From a virus (lineage: Duplodnaviria > Heunggongvirae > Uroviricota > Caudoviricetes > Schitoviridae): 64,000 nucleotides of DNA. The notes below the pieces were generated by a model. That model was not told where the DNA came from. It ran no database searches and saw only the letters and a program-made list of their open reading frames with translations. The position numbers and the translations under genes were made by a program. Of the stretch, positions 40,947 through 49,908 are shown piece by piece. Numbering within the stretch: the stretch's first letter is position 1; each line of letters begins with the position of its first letter. The stretch is from positions 14,677 to 78,676 of the IMG/VR virus record IMGVR_UViG_3300028490_000001. The stretch is one strand, 5' to 3'.

Positions 40947-41408
40947 GTAAGTTAATACTCACTGCAAAAGAAGCTAAAGCAGAGAGAAAATTACTTGAAG
41001 AAAAATACTGGTCAACTCCTTGGGGTAGGGCAGAATTAAAAGAGAAAAAAAAGAAGGATAAGAAATGAAAGTATTATTACTACTATTTATGTCATTAACT
41101 CTGTGGACGAAGGATTTACAGTGATACTTGCAAGTATTATATTTAACAGTATTATCATACTCGGTATCATTGGTATATTTATTGTTCAAGTTGACATAAT
41201 CAAAAAAAATGAACAAATGGAAAAAACCATCAAACTGTTACATAAAAACACAAATGCAAACATAAGAGTACTGAACGATGGTCTGCAAACTATATTTGAT
41301 TCTGTAAAAGAATTAAAAAAGAACAAAAAGAGCAGTAGTAAAAAAATAACTACCAACATTTAATAAAAAATATAACATAGCTAGGCTATGTAAAAAGAAG
41401 GATAAAAA

Positions 41409-41828
41409 ATGAAAAAACTAGACGAAGTATTAGAAAATTTCAAACCGAACACTATAGATAATAGAGATGCACATAGACTTGCAGATTTCACTCCAGAAGA
41501 TAAATTACCATTGCTTGGTGTTAAATTACTTGAGAAAAATATAGGGACGCATGTTCCTATTGCTTGGAACGAAGAAAACATACTTGCACAGCTTAAAAAA
41601 GATGTAGCGTTTGGTTTCGAAAAAGCTCTTGACCAAAGAGGATTATCTGCAGGAATGATGTATCAAGTTGTAGGTATGTGGAATGAAATACTTGAAAACA
41701 ATCTGAATAAATCAGATGAAGATTATTCAATGTATGGACTTCCTAGATTAAAAACAACAGCATTGCACTATGGATGGGAAAATCCTATCGGAGAAGATGA
41801 AGGTTCTGAGGAGTCTTACAATGAGTAA
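41409..41828 (+). CDS. Hypothetical protein (139 aa)
   Basis: ORF track; RBS 'AAGGA'. Confidence 0.3.
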   Translation: MKKLDEVLENFKPNTIDNRDAHRLADFTPEDKLPLLGVKLLEKNIGTHVPIAWNEENILAQLKKDVAFGFEKALDQRGLSAGMMYQVVGMWNEILENNLNKSDEDYSMYGLPRLKTTALHYGWENPIGEDEGSEESYNE

Positions 41829-42462
41829 TAAAACTAAAACCAGTGAAGAACTGATAGCAGAAATTAAAAAGTTATCAAAAAAAAGAAAGAAACATCAACC
41901 TTTCTCTGATACGTTAATTAACCTCGTTATGAAACTACACTACACAGGGATGAATGCATCTGCAATCGAAAGAGCTACAGGCATTTCAAATCAACAAGTT
42001 TCAAAATGGAAAAGAGAGTTTGGTACAGAAATGACTCACGTAGCATACGGAACCACTACTCGTAATGATGTGAGAACAAAGTGTCTAGCAGTAAGAGAAT
42101 TCCTTGTCGACAACAAAACATCTGATTATCTGTCTAAGAAATATCATGTTGGTACAGTTACGATTATAGCGTGGGTAAAGAAGTATGAAGATGACTATGA
42201 ACAATGGCTTGATGCTCCAGATGGAATCACAACAGTAGCTAAAAAAGATAGACTTATCTATGGTAATGCAAACATCACCGAAATCAGAGAAAAGCTAATA
42301 GACCATGGAAATGAAATCAAAGAAATGATTCAGAGTATGCAAAAAAATGGAATAATGGTAAATGCGGTTGCACAAGCTGAAAACCTCAGCAAAAAAACAC
42401 AAGAAGAAATCAAAACTCTTGATGCAGCAGAACAAATAATTAAAAAAGGGGTACAAAAATGA
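41821..42462 (+). CDS. Helix-turn-helix DNA-binding protein (about 213 aa from ATG 41821)
   Basis: 'MNASAIERATGISNQQVSKWKREFG' HTH motif; RBS 'GAGGAG' before 41821. Confidence 0.4.
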   Translation: MSNKTKTSEELIAEIKKLSKKRKKHQPFSDTLINLVMKLHYTGMNASAIERATGISNQQVSKWKREFGTEMTHVAYGTTTRNDVRTKCLAVREFLVDNKTSDYLSKKYHVGTVTIIAWVKKYEDDYEQWLDAPDGITTVAKKDRLIYGNANITEIREKLIDHGNEIKEMIQSMQKNGIMVNAVAQAENLSKKTQEEIKTLDAAEQIIKKGVQK

Positions 42463-42770
42463 TTAAGCAAAATGGACAAACACTAGAAACAGAAGGCTCA
42501 ATAAACATGGTAATCAGCGAAGCTGCTGCATTACTTAACTACATCCCTAAAGCTTTTGCAAAGCAAATTATGGAGAAAGGCTCTCCTGGAAACAAGACAG
42601 AAGATGAGATAGAAAACGAAATCAGAAGAAACATTATTTCTGGAGCTGAATTGTATTGTCTTGTAGACAAAGGCATGTCACCCGAAGAGGCAATGAAGGT
42701 TCTTGATATTGACGGAACCATCATGAGAGTGGATGGCGAAGAAGAAAAAGATGAAGAAAAAACTAAATAA
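42459..42770 (+). CDS. Hypothetical protein (103 aa)
   Basis: ORF track; ATGA overlap. Confidence 0.3.
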   Translation: MIKQNGQTLETEGSINMVISEAAALLNYIPKAFAKQIMEKGSPGNKTEDEIENEIRRNIISGAELYCLVDKGMSPEEAMKVLDIDGTIMRVDGEEEKDEEKTK

Positions 42771-42906
42771 AGTTTTTCTTTTGGTAATCATATTATCATC
42801 AATCGCTTATGCAGAATACTTCTATGTGACTTTACCAGACGGCTCAACAATGGAATGCTACAGATGGAGCAATGGCGACATCGACTGTAACTAAAAAGGA
42901 TATTAC

Positions 42907-43449
42907 ATGGCAATAGGAGACCTAGACACAATAGAAAGAAGAGACAGAATGGAATTAGCTGAGTTAATTCGTGCGGATAGAACTCAAAAAGTAAACACTG
43001 GAGCAGGATATCAAATACACAATCCTCCAACTGCAGAATTTCCGTTTGGTAGACCCGATGTAATACCTGATGTCATAAACAATCCATTCAGAGGATTAGA
43101 TGATGGAATATACGAAGACACTACTAGCCCATATGAATTTCAAGAGATAATGACAAGAAGAATGCAGAATGAATTCCATAGAGAAAACACTAGGAGTGTA
43201 GATAGCTTAAATTACTCTACAAGAAACCATAATATTCTAAGAGAACTTCTATCCTATATAAGAAGAGAACATCCAAATGTAGATGCATATGTGAAGCATA
43301 TATGTTTCAATGAAAACAAACAACCATTAACGGTAATCATAGAAAGTCTTTCAATGAGAATGGATGCAGACAGCACAGAAAGACCAAACTCTGCAATAAC
43401 TAAAATAAACAGAGAACTGGCAAGCTTAGAGAGGAACAAAGGAAAATGA
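42907..43449 (+). CDS. Hypothetical protein (180 aa)
   Basis: ORF track. Confidence 0.3.
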   Translation: MAIGDLDTIERRDRMELAELIRADRTQKVNTGAGYQIHNPPTAEFPFGRPDVIPDVINNPFRGLDDGIYEDTTSPYEFQEIMTRRMQNEFHRENTRSVDSLNYSTRNHNILRELLSYIRREHPNVDAYVKHICFNENKQPLTVIIESLSMRMDADSTERPNSAITKINRELASLERNKGK

Positions 43450-44108
43450 AAAAGCTTTGGCAAAATGAAGGGTTAGAAGGGATAAATGATTTCCTACATG
43501 ACATTGAAATGTCAAAAAAGAGAGAAGAAAAAAAAAGAAAGCTAGAGCATGAAACTCTTCAACTTAATCCAAAAAGATATAGTTCTCTTGAACAATCAAG
43601 AATATGGAATAGAACAAAAAAAGAAAACAAGTATCTTCAAGAGTTCAGCATACAACTGAATGGGTATAAACCTATGCACGAAATACAAAGAAGAGTCATA
43701 TCTTTTGCCGACTTGAGATACAACAAATATATTATCTTGTCATCACATAGCGAAGATGTAGATAATTATATCGGCAAATCTACATATTGGGAAAAGAAAA
43801 GCGTAATTGTAAAAAGTATTCATACTAAACATGATGTCAAAATAGTTTTCGCAGAAAACAAACAAATGTTATCTATTGTATTCCAATACTTAGGATACTT
43901 CATTGTAACAACAAAATCAAGTTTCGAAAACTTCCTCTCAGAAATAGAAGGAAATGATTATGAAACTAAATTTATTGCGGATAAAATAAAATCAAATCTT
44001 GAAAAGTTTGAAGTAACGACACCTATTGTTGATTCATTATCTAAAGAGATAAAAGACAACGTTCAAATTATGGCAGAATGGCTAAAAGACAGGTCGGAAG
44101 GATTGTAG
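43446..44108 (+). CDS. Hypothetical protein (220 aa)
   Basis: ORF track; ATGA overlap. Confidence 0.3.
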   Translation: MKKLWQNEGLEGINDFLHDIEMSKKREEKKRKLEHETLQLNPKRYSSLEQSRIWNRTKKENKYLQEFSIQLNGYKPMHEIQRRVISFADLRYNKYIILSSHSEDVDNYIGKSTYWEKKSVIVKSIHTKHDVKIVFAENKQMLSIVFQYLGYFIVTTKSSFENFLSEIEGNDYETKFIADKIKSNLEKFEVTTPIVDSLSKEIKDNVQIMAEWLKDRSEGL

Positions 44109-44111
44109 AAT

Positions 44112-44330
44112 ATGAACATAGTTATAGAGCAATTAATGTACATGATTAAATTCAGACTAATGAGTGGCACTAAAACACAAGAAATGTTTGATTTACTAAA
44201 AGAGTTAGAGTTAGAACTTGAAGAACTGAAAGACACTGAACCAACTATCGAAGGTATAGAGTTAATCATTTCATCACTGGAATCCATGAACGGTAGACTA
44301 AGAAAACAAAACGAAGAGGATAAAAAATGA
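44112..44330 (+). CDS. Hypothetical protein (72 aa)
   Basis: ORF track. Confidence 0.25.
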   Translation: MNIVIEQLMYMIKFRLMSGTKTQEMFDLLKELELELEELKDTEPTIEGIELIISSLESMNGRLRKQNEEDKK

Positions 44331-44439
44331 GTGGTAAAATTAAAAAATGTAATGTCAACGGCTGTAGTAAAGTAGCTATAGGAAAGAGGTCTTATTTTTT
44401 CCCATTCCATAGATGCAATGAACACAAAAGGAAAAGAAA

Positions 44440-44646
44440 ATGATTTGCTATAAAGATACAACATTTTGCTCGGAAGATAAATGTGGAAACATAGATTGTA
44501 ATAGAAATGTTACAGCTGATGTAGTTGCTGCTTCACAAGCATGGTGGAATAAAGGTGTTGATATTTCAGAATGGACACCTGCTCCTATAGCAGTACAAGA
44601 TTTAAAAGATACATTTGAGTGCCCAGGATATGTCATGCGTCCATAG
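44440..44646 (+). CDS. Small Cys-rich protein (68 aa)
   Basis: ORF track. Preceded by an unlisted 37-aa Cys/His-rich ORF (44329..44442). Confidence 0.25.
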   Translation: MICYKDTTFCSEDKCGNIDCNRNVTADVVAASQAWWNKGVDISEWTPAPIAVQDLKDTFECPGYVMRP

Positions 44647-44649
44647 AGT

Positions 44650-45300
44650 TATCATTGGATAATTTTATTGGCCGTAGGGCATGTCTGCGGACAAGAAAAT
44701 ACTAACCGTAAAACGAGAGATTATGCACGGTCAATAATCACACCTCTCACCATGGGTCCACAACATCCAACTGGACGTTGATGGACCCCCGTATTATGTG
44801 CCATTCGTCTAAATGTAGGACCTCCGCCTTAATAGCCGGATAATGCTGGTTAGAGTCCAGCATGGTAACACCGTAAAACGGGCAGGTTGTATCCACGGAA
44901 GAAATACCGACTACCTGTCAGTATAAACGGTTTTCCTGAGATGTCCCGTAGACTGCTTTAATGTCGAAAGAAATCATCCGTGATTGGTCTCCACACGTAA
45001 AAGTGGGACCGCCAAAAGAAAACTATTCCACAGAACCATCTCTATGTAGATGTTTGTATGGAGTCGTTGGGGTCAGACTCGTCGCAAAAATATCCTAGGC
45101 AGCATGCCTTAATCAACAAAACCGGGTTTACCGGATGAAGTTTGTTATTTAAATAATGTATTCTAAATGTCACCAATGTAGAAGAAAAACTCACGCAGTG
45201 ACCTGGAGCATGGCTTGGAACTCGCCTTCTTTTCAACATCCAGTTAAAGACGATTAGTAAAGACAGCGGTAGATTTTCTTGATTGACAGATTCTTACAAC
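44650..45300. ncRNA. About 650-nt GC-enriched, ORF-free, highly structured region immediately upstream of the tRNA cluster; candidate large structured non-coding RNA
   Basis: No ORF over 60 aa on either strand. Many local helices, e.g. GGGTCCA...TGGACCC, GCTGG...CCAGC and GGTCTCC...GGACC. Sits next to tRNA genes. Confidence 0.3.
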
Positions 45301-45363
45301 CATAGCTAGGAAAGCGTCATGGAGTACCGTCTCAGCTGGAAAGAAGCAGAGACAACTGATTAT

Positions 45364-45440
45364 GGACGCGAAAGCTTAAATGGATATAAAGCTACTCACT
45401 GAGAGTGAGGAGATATTGGGTTCGATTCCCTGCAAGTCCA
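45364..45440 (+). tRNA. tRNA-like gene (imperfect acceptor and T stems; possible anticodon loop cUGAGag) ending in an encoded CCA
   Basis: T-arm 'TTGGG-TTCGATT-CCCTG', 3' end 'CAAGTCC-A-CCA', D-arm GCTT/AAGC; needs tRNAscan-SE. Confidence 0.3.
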
Positions 45441-45450
45441 CAAATATTAT

Positions 45451-45525
45451 GTCATGTTAGCTCAGTTTGGTAGAGCACTCCCACTGATAAGGGAGAGGTC
45501 AATGGTTCAAATCCATTATGTGACA
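45451..45525 (+). tRNA. tRNA (75 nt) with a canonical cloverleaf but an apparent 8-nt anticodon loop (ACUGAUAA); identity unresolved (GAU/UGA-type)
   Basis: Acceptor GTCATGT/ATGTGAC, D-arm GCTC-AGTTTGGTA-GAGC, anticodon stem CTCCC/GGGAG, T-arm AATGG-TTCAAAT-CCATT. Confidence 0.55.
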
Positions 45526-45677
45526 CACAAATAGTCATGAAGGTAACAGACCATGCAAGGGTGTCGTGAGCATCCTAGAAAAATTCATTGCTGGAATGAT
45601 AACCAAAAGCAAGAGTGTTTTGAAATAGATTCACAAACTTATCAGAGAGTCTACTGTTGGACTCTCGAACTATATAT

Positions 45678-45752
45678 GTCGATGTAAGTTTCAGTCCGGT
45701 AGAACTGGGGGCCTTTTGCCCCTGTGCGTTGGTTCAAATCCAATCATTGTCT
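45678..45752 (+). tRNA. tRNA-like gene (T-arm GTTGG-TTCAAAT-CCAAT; anticodon stem GGGGC/GCCCC with a U-rich loop, possibly Lys-UUU)
   Basis: Partial cloverleaf identified by eye with one acceptor mismatch; needs tRNAscan-SE. Confidence 0.35.
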
Positions 45753-46096
45753 ATCTTGGGTGCTGAGGATAAATGCATCTGGTCTAATGGATGTCGACCT
45801 AAAATATCCTTACGAGCAAAGGAACATGCTTTCAATAAACCTCACAATCGGAAAATACTACTTTAGTAGAACGCGAAAGCGTCATCGGTGTAACCCCGGA
45901 TATTTTTCTCATGTAGAGGACAGCTGCATATCTTTACAAACCATACTGTTTTACCTAGTACCAAAGGTAAGAAAAATCCTATAGTTTAGGTGAACCACAC
46001 AAGAGGGATTGATACCGTGGGTGGCAATGCGTCTACTCCTTTCATTTTAAAAGCACTCAGTGCGGTTCAAACAATATATACAAAAAAGGAAATAAT

Positions 46097-46294
46097 ATGT
46101 TCACACTAATAAGTGTAAATAACAAAGATTCGGTAGGATACAGATTTATCGGAGTCGATGCATCATTCTATTTTGATGGAGAAGGATTTACATTCTCATC
46201 AATCACTAGCAGTAGAGTTAAATCTATTTCAATGGATGAAGATATTATGACCGTAATAACAAAAAATACAGAATATAAATTCAGAAAGCACTAG
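46097..46294 (+). CDS. Hypothetical protein (65 aa)
   Basis: ORF track; RBS 'AAGGAAA'. Confidence 0.3.
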   Translation: MFTLISVNNKDSVGYRFIGVDASFYFDGEGFTFSSITSSRVKSISMDEDIMTVITKNTEYKFRKH

Positions 46295-46426
46295 CACTAG
46301 CATCAATGGTTTACTAAATGTAGAAAAGTGGGAGAGGAAACTCCATTACCACATATATATACAGAATACCATGAAGCTTGGTGTCTAACATCAAAATTAA
46401 AATTACAATTTAAGGAAGTACAAAAA

Positions 46427-47191
46427 ATGGCAAAAGATACAGCATTACACGAATTACTGGCAGTAGAGTCAACACTATCAGAGACAGCAAACAGAGTTCA
46501 AAAAGACACAACAAAGACACTTTCAACCAAAGAAACAATCTTCTCAGGTATGGTAAAAGCACATGTACTTTTCGATGAGTCACTACAACACCTTACTCAG
46601 GCAGTAGAATCAAAAGAAGTACAGTCAACAGTAACTGAGCAGCTTGATTATGCTGCAGGAGAAATTTCTAGATACTGGGATGTAACTCTTCAAAAAGAAG
46701 ATGCAAATCAAAAAGCAAAAGCAGATATTGTCATTGGAGACACGGTAATTGCAAAAGACATTCCATCAATTGTATTACTTTCAATGGAAAAGAAACTAAG
46801 TTCATTACTTGCACTATATAATGCAATCCCTACACTTGATGCTGCAAAATCTTGGATTATCGCAGAAGGATACTCGGTTGCAAATGTGTTTGTTACTAAA
46901 AACCAAAGAGAGAACCAACAGTCTGTAGTTGAAAAACTATGGGTTGAGGTATCTCCGGCTACAAAAGAATTCAAAGCTCAACTTGTTCAGCAAGAAAAAA
47001 CAACTGTTGTTGGTAAATTCGTAATTGATGAATTCTCTGGAGCACTTACATCACTAGATAAGGCAGAGAAGATTCAACGTCTTACGAACCTTATTCGTGC
47101 AGTTAAAACTGCCAGACAAAGAGCAAATACTCAGATTGTGGATACTGAAAAAACATTCGCTACTGCACTATTTAGCTACATCAACGGATAG
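46427..47191 (+). CDS. Hypothetical protein (about 254 aa from ATG 46427)
   Basis: ORF track; RBS 'AAGGAAG' precedes 46427. Confidence 0.35.
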   Translation: MAKDTALHELLAVESTLSETANRVQKDTTKTLSTKETIFSGMVKAHVLFDESLQHLTQAVESKEVQSTVTEQLDYAAGEISRYWDVTLQKEDANQKAKADIVIGDTVIAKDIPSIVLLSMEKKLSSLLALYNAIPTLDAAKSWIIAEGYSVANVFVTKNQRENQQSVVEKLWVEVSPATKEFKAQLVQQEKTTVVGKFVIDEFSGALTSLDKAEKIQRLTNLIRAVKTARQRANTQIVDTEKTFATALFSYING

Positions 47192-47199
47192 GAATTATC

Positions 47200-47538
47200 A
47201 TGGAAATGACAATAGCCTGGTTCCCAATGATAAAACTATTACTCACCGCAGTAATGATATACATAGGATACTACTTCTACAAAAAAGGAAAGATGAAAAC
47301 ATCTGCATTCTATGCTATTGCCTTGATTGTATTCTGGAGTCTTTCACCTATTAAATATGACGGAACCAACTCAACACAACACAAACTACAGTCAGTAAAA
47401 GCAAAAACAATTCAATACAGAAATGTAGATGCCACCATAGTCGAAACAAAGAAATTAACTTTTGATGAGAGAATGGCGGCAGAAGATGCTCGCTCTAAAG
47501 CAGCAAATAAAAAGGTTCATGATGAAATCGTTAAGTAG
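47200..47538 (+). CDS. Membrane protein (112 aa, 2 TM)
   Basis: Hydrophobic helices. Confidence 0.35.
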   Translation: MEMTIAWFPMIKLLLTAVMIYIGYYFYKKGKMKTSAFYAIALIVFWSLSPIKYDGTNSTQHKLQSVKAKTIQYRNVDATIVETKKLTFDERMAAEDARSKAANKKVHDEIVK

Positions 47539-47695
47539 AGGGTTTACCCTAATTGAACTCATATTTGTAGTGATTATTGTCTTTATACTTGCATCAATTG
47601 CAGTACCAAAGATAATGTCAGACAATAAAAATAATGTGCAGCAGAGCCAACAACATAAACAAACAAAACAAATCGAAGGAACGACATGGGAATGA
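47519..47695 (+). CDS. Type IV pilin/pseudopilin-like small protein (58 aa) with a class III (prepilin) signal
   Basis: 'MMKSLSRGFTLIELIFVVIIVFILASIAVP': the G-F-T-L-I-E-L prepilin-peptidase cleavage/methylation motif followed by a hydrophobic helix. Confidence 0.5.
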   Translation: MMKSLSRGFTLIELIFVVIIVFILASIAVPKIMSDNKNNVQQSQQHKQTKQIEGTTWE

Positions 47696-48567
47696 AAAAA
47701 ACATTAATCACAATTGGATTACTTGCAGCAATGCTACTTACTACAGGATGTAATCATAAGGTAGTAGGACAGGGAGAAAAAGGGAAGATTCTTGATAGAG
47801 GAGGATTTCAACCGGAAATCTATCCACCATCAAGAGTAAACACTGGATGGCATGGAGACCTGGTTCTTATTGAAACAGTAACTCACACAGTAAATGAAAC
47901 AATTACTGTTCGTATGAAAGATGACATGAACCTTGTTGTTCAAGTTAGATTTCAACTGAGAATGGGAGAAAAAGAAACTTCACTTAATGCTGTATTTAAT
48001 GACATTAAACCTGAATCAGGAAACCTTATTACTCTTGGTCAAGTCTACAATGTATATGGAAAAATGCTTGTAAACAAAATCACAAGAGAGGTACTCTCAA
48101 AATATAATATTGGTGATGTGAATGATAACTTCAATCATATTTCAGCAGATATTTACGAGAAAACACTTAAAGGTTTCAAGCCTACTCCACTAATCATTAC
48201 AGATGTAGCACTAGGAAAACTGGATTATCCAGAAATCATAGATAATGCTATCATGGGTGCTGCAAAACGTGAGCTTGAAATTAAACAAGCTGAAGCAGAT
48301 GTACAAGTTAGACTTACTGAACTAAAAGGTAAAGAGAAAGTAGCAGAAGGTGAGTACAGAATCAAGATGCAAGAAGCAAAACGTATCAAAGATTACAATG
48401 CTGCTATTGCAGAGGGAATCACACCTGAACTATTGGAACTTAGAAAACTAGAAGTACAGCAAGAGCTCGTACAAGCAATTGGAAAAGGTGATACTACAAC
48501 CATCTTCGTCCCATACTCTGCTCTCGGAACCACAGGTTTACAGAACAGAGTAATGCTCACAAAGTAG
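47686..48567 (+). CDS. SPFH (band-7/HflKC/prohibitin-like) domain lipoprotein (293 aa)
   Basis: Lipobox 'LLTTGC' after the signal. SPFH-like core with an Ala/Glu-rich coiled coil and a C-terminal 'LELRKLEVQQELVQAIGKGDTTTIFVP' resembling HflK/HflC/stomatin C-termini. Confidence 0.5.
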   Translation: MGMKKTLITIGLLAAMLLTTGCNHKVVGQGEKGKILDRGGFQPEIYPPSRVNTGWHGDLVLIETVTHTVNETITVRMKDDMNLVVQVRFQLRMGEKETSLNAVFNDIKPESGNLITLGQVYNVYGKMLVNKITREVLSKYNIGDVNDNFNHISADIYEKTLKGFKPTPLIITDVALGKLDYPEIIDNAIMGAAKRELEIKQAEADVQVRLTELKGKEKVAEGEYRIKMQEAKRIKDYNAAIAEGITPELLELRKLEVQQELVQAIGKGDTTTIFVPYSALGTTGLQNRVMLTK

Positions 48568-48569
48568 GA

Positions 48570-49005
48570 AAACTGTGGGCCCCTAAAAGCTGGGGTTGAA
48601 CCGGATAAGTGTGCAATAAAAGCCTATCTATGAAATGCATACCGACCCACAGACTAAACAGTTCTTGAATAGCTACCCTTACCTCATGGGGGTAGGCAAT
48701 GCGTAAACGTATTTTACGTGTCATTGACAAATAGAACTGTTTGTAGTAAACCTGAAGAGGTTTGCCCCTAGAGCCAACAAGAACGGTATATATAGGTAGC
48801 TCCTGTATGAGCTTATGCTCACTTCAGTACTGTTGGTTCTCTGGGCAAACTTATTCTAATGTTTTACCCTGCACTGGTCAGATTGACCATAAACTCCCAG
48901 ATTCTATTTCCGGGGGAGTGTAGTTATTATCAAGCTTATTTTATTATCCCACATAAGCTTAGCACTATAGACTTTTAACACCTGTCAGTCCTAGACAATT
49001 TTTAG
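48570..49005. ncRNA. About 435-nt ORF-free structured region preceding the tRNA-like elements; candidate structured ncRNA or extended tRNA-precursor region
   Basis: Multiple helices, e.g. CTGTGGG...CCCACAG and CTACCC...GGGTAG. Confidence 0.25.
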
Positions 49006-49080
49006 AATGCTACGAGGGTTCGACCCCCTCTCTCGCCTCCATAAATATATGGCGAGATGGTAGAGTGGTTATACAGCATT
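49006..49080 (+). ncRNA. Circularly permuted tRNA-like element: [anticodon-stem 3' strand, T-arm, acceptor 3' strand, CCA], 9-nt linker, [acceptor 5' strand, D-arm, anticodon-stem 5' strand]
   Basis: AATGC-tac-GAGGG-TTCGACC-CCCTC-TCTCGCC-t-CCA-taaatatat-GGCGAGA-tg-GTA-gagtggtta-TAC-a-GCATT. Four of four helices are perfectly complementary: acceptor 7 bp, T 5 bp, D 3 bp, anticodon 5 bp. Confidence 0.35.
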
Positions 49081-49140
49081 CACAACTTATCTTAAAAAAG
49101 GGAACTAGACATAAAACCGGGTCGTGCAACAATTACAGAT

Positions 49141-49234
49141 ATTTCGAGGTTCGAGTCCTTGAGGGCCCACCATTACTACTATTAGTATTTGGGCCCTTGG
49201 CGGAATTGGTAGACGCACTGATTGTTTAAATCAG
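49141..49234 (+). ncRNA. Second permuted tRNA-like element: T-arm, acceptor 3' strand AGGGCCC-a-CCA, 18-nt linker, then acceptor 5' strand GGGCCCT with a class-II (Leu-like) D-arm and a complete anticodon stem-loop
   Basis: CGAGG-TTCGAGT-CCTTG-AGGGCCC-A-CCA...GGGCCCT-tg-GCG-gaattggtaga-CGC-a-CTGAT-tgtttaa-ATCAG. The acceptor is a perfect 7 bp. No T-arm lies downstream of the 5' half. Confidence 0.3.
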
Positions 49235-49320
49235 CCATCAAAACAAATTGATAGAGTCCACAAGAAGGAATAGCTAGTGGGCTCGCTTGAGTTTGTTATA
49301 AAAAATATAAAGGAGAAGAC

Positions 49321-49908
49321 ATGGCAGGAGAAAAGAGTACCCTAATTAAGGTTGGAGAAACAGTAAAATTAACTGGTGTATCATCAGACAGTAAATACTA
49401 TGGATGGGCACCACAATTAGTTGGCAATCCCTATATTGTAACAGCCATCGACTACTCTTCATATGACAAAAAATGGGTAGATGCAATACTGAGTCCAATA
49501 AATGATTCAGAAATATCACAGTTTGGAAGAACCATAACCGTAGGAAAGTGTCTTCTGGAAAAATTAACTACAGAACTTCAGGTGATACAAAACCTTGACA
49601 TAAACTTTTCAAGAAAAGAACGAAAAATTAAACAAATAAATACTTTATTTTCAAAATTTCTAGAAACAGGAAAAGTAGCTACACATATACTTGTGGAAGC
49701 AAATGACCAAGAAAGCTGGAAAGAATTACATGAGCAAGGATATGATGTATTGTGGCAAAATCTACAAAATGTTAGTCCAAAATGGACTAAAATACAATCA
49801 AATTTCCCATTTGACCCAAAGAATACACTTATTATATTTAAGCACAGCAGAGCAGATATGACAAACTTTTTAAGATTTAGAAAAGACTACATGGAAGGTG
49901 GATATTAA
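49321..49908 (+). CDS. Hypothetical protein (195 aa)
   Basis: ORF track; RBS 'AAGGAG'. Confidence 0.35.
   Translation: MAGEKSTLIKVGETVKLTGVSSDSKYYGWAPQLVGNPYIVTAIDYSSYDKKWVDAILSPINDSEISQFGRTITVGKCLLEKLTTELQVIQNLDINFSRKERKIKQINTLFSKFLETGKVATHILVEANDQESWKELHEQGYDVLWQNLQNVSPKWTKIQSNFPFDPKNTLIIFKHSRADMTNFLRFRKDYMEGGY

Noticed and set aside
45290-45363. Additional tRNA upstream of 45364 (GCGTCAT...ATGGACGC complementarity with a 'TCAGCTGGAAAG' D-loop-like string)
   Set aside because: The segment between the complementary ends is too short (about 41 nt) and has no T-arm. More likely a simple hairpin within the precursor region.
48570-49320. Two-piece (permuted) tmRNA hypothesis for the 3'-half-first tRNA-like elements
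   Set aside because: No tag-peptide reading frame (ANDENYALAA-like, ending in a stop) follows either 5' half. The second element has a tRNA-Leu-like D-arm and a full anticodon stem-loop, so a permuted tRNA-like element fits better than tmRNA.
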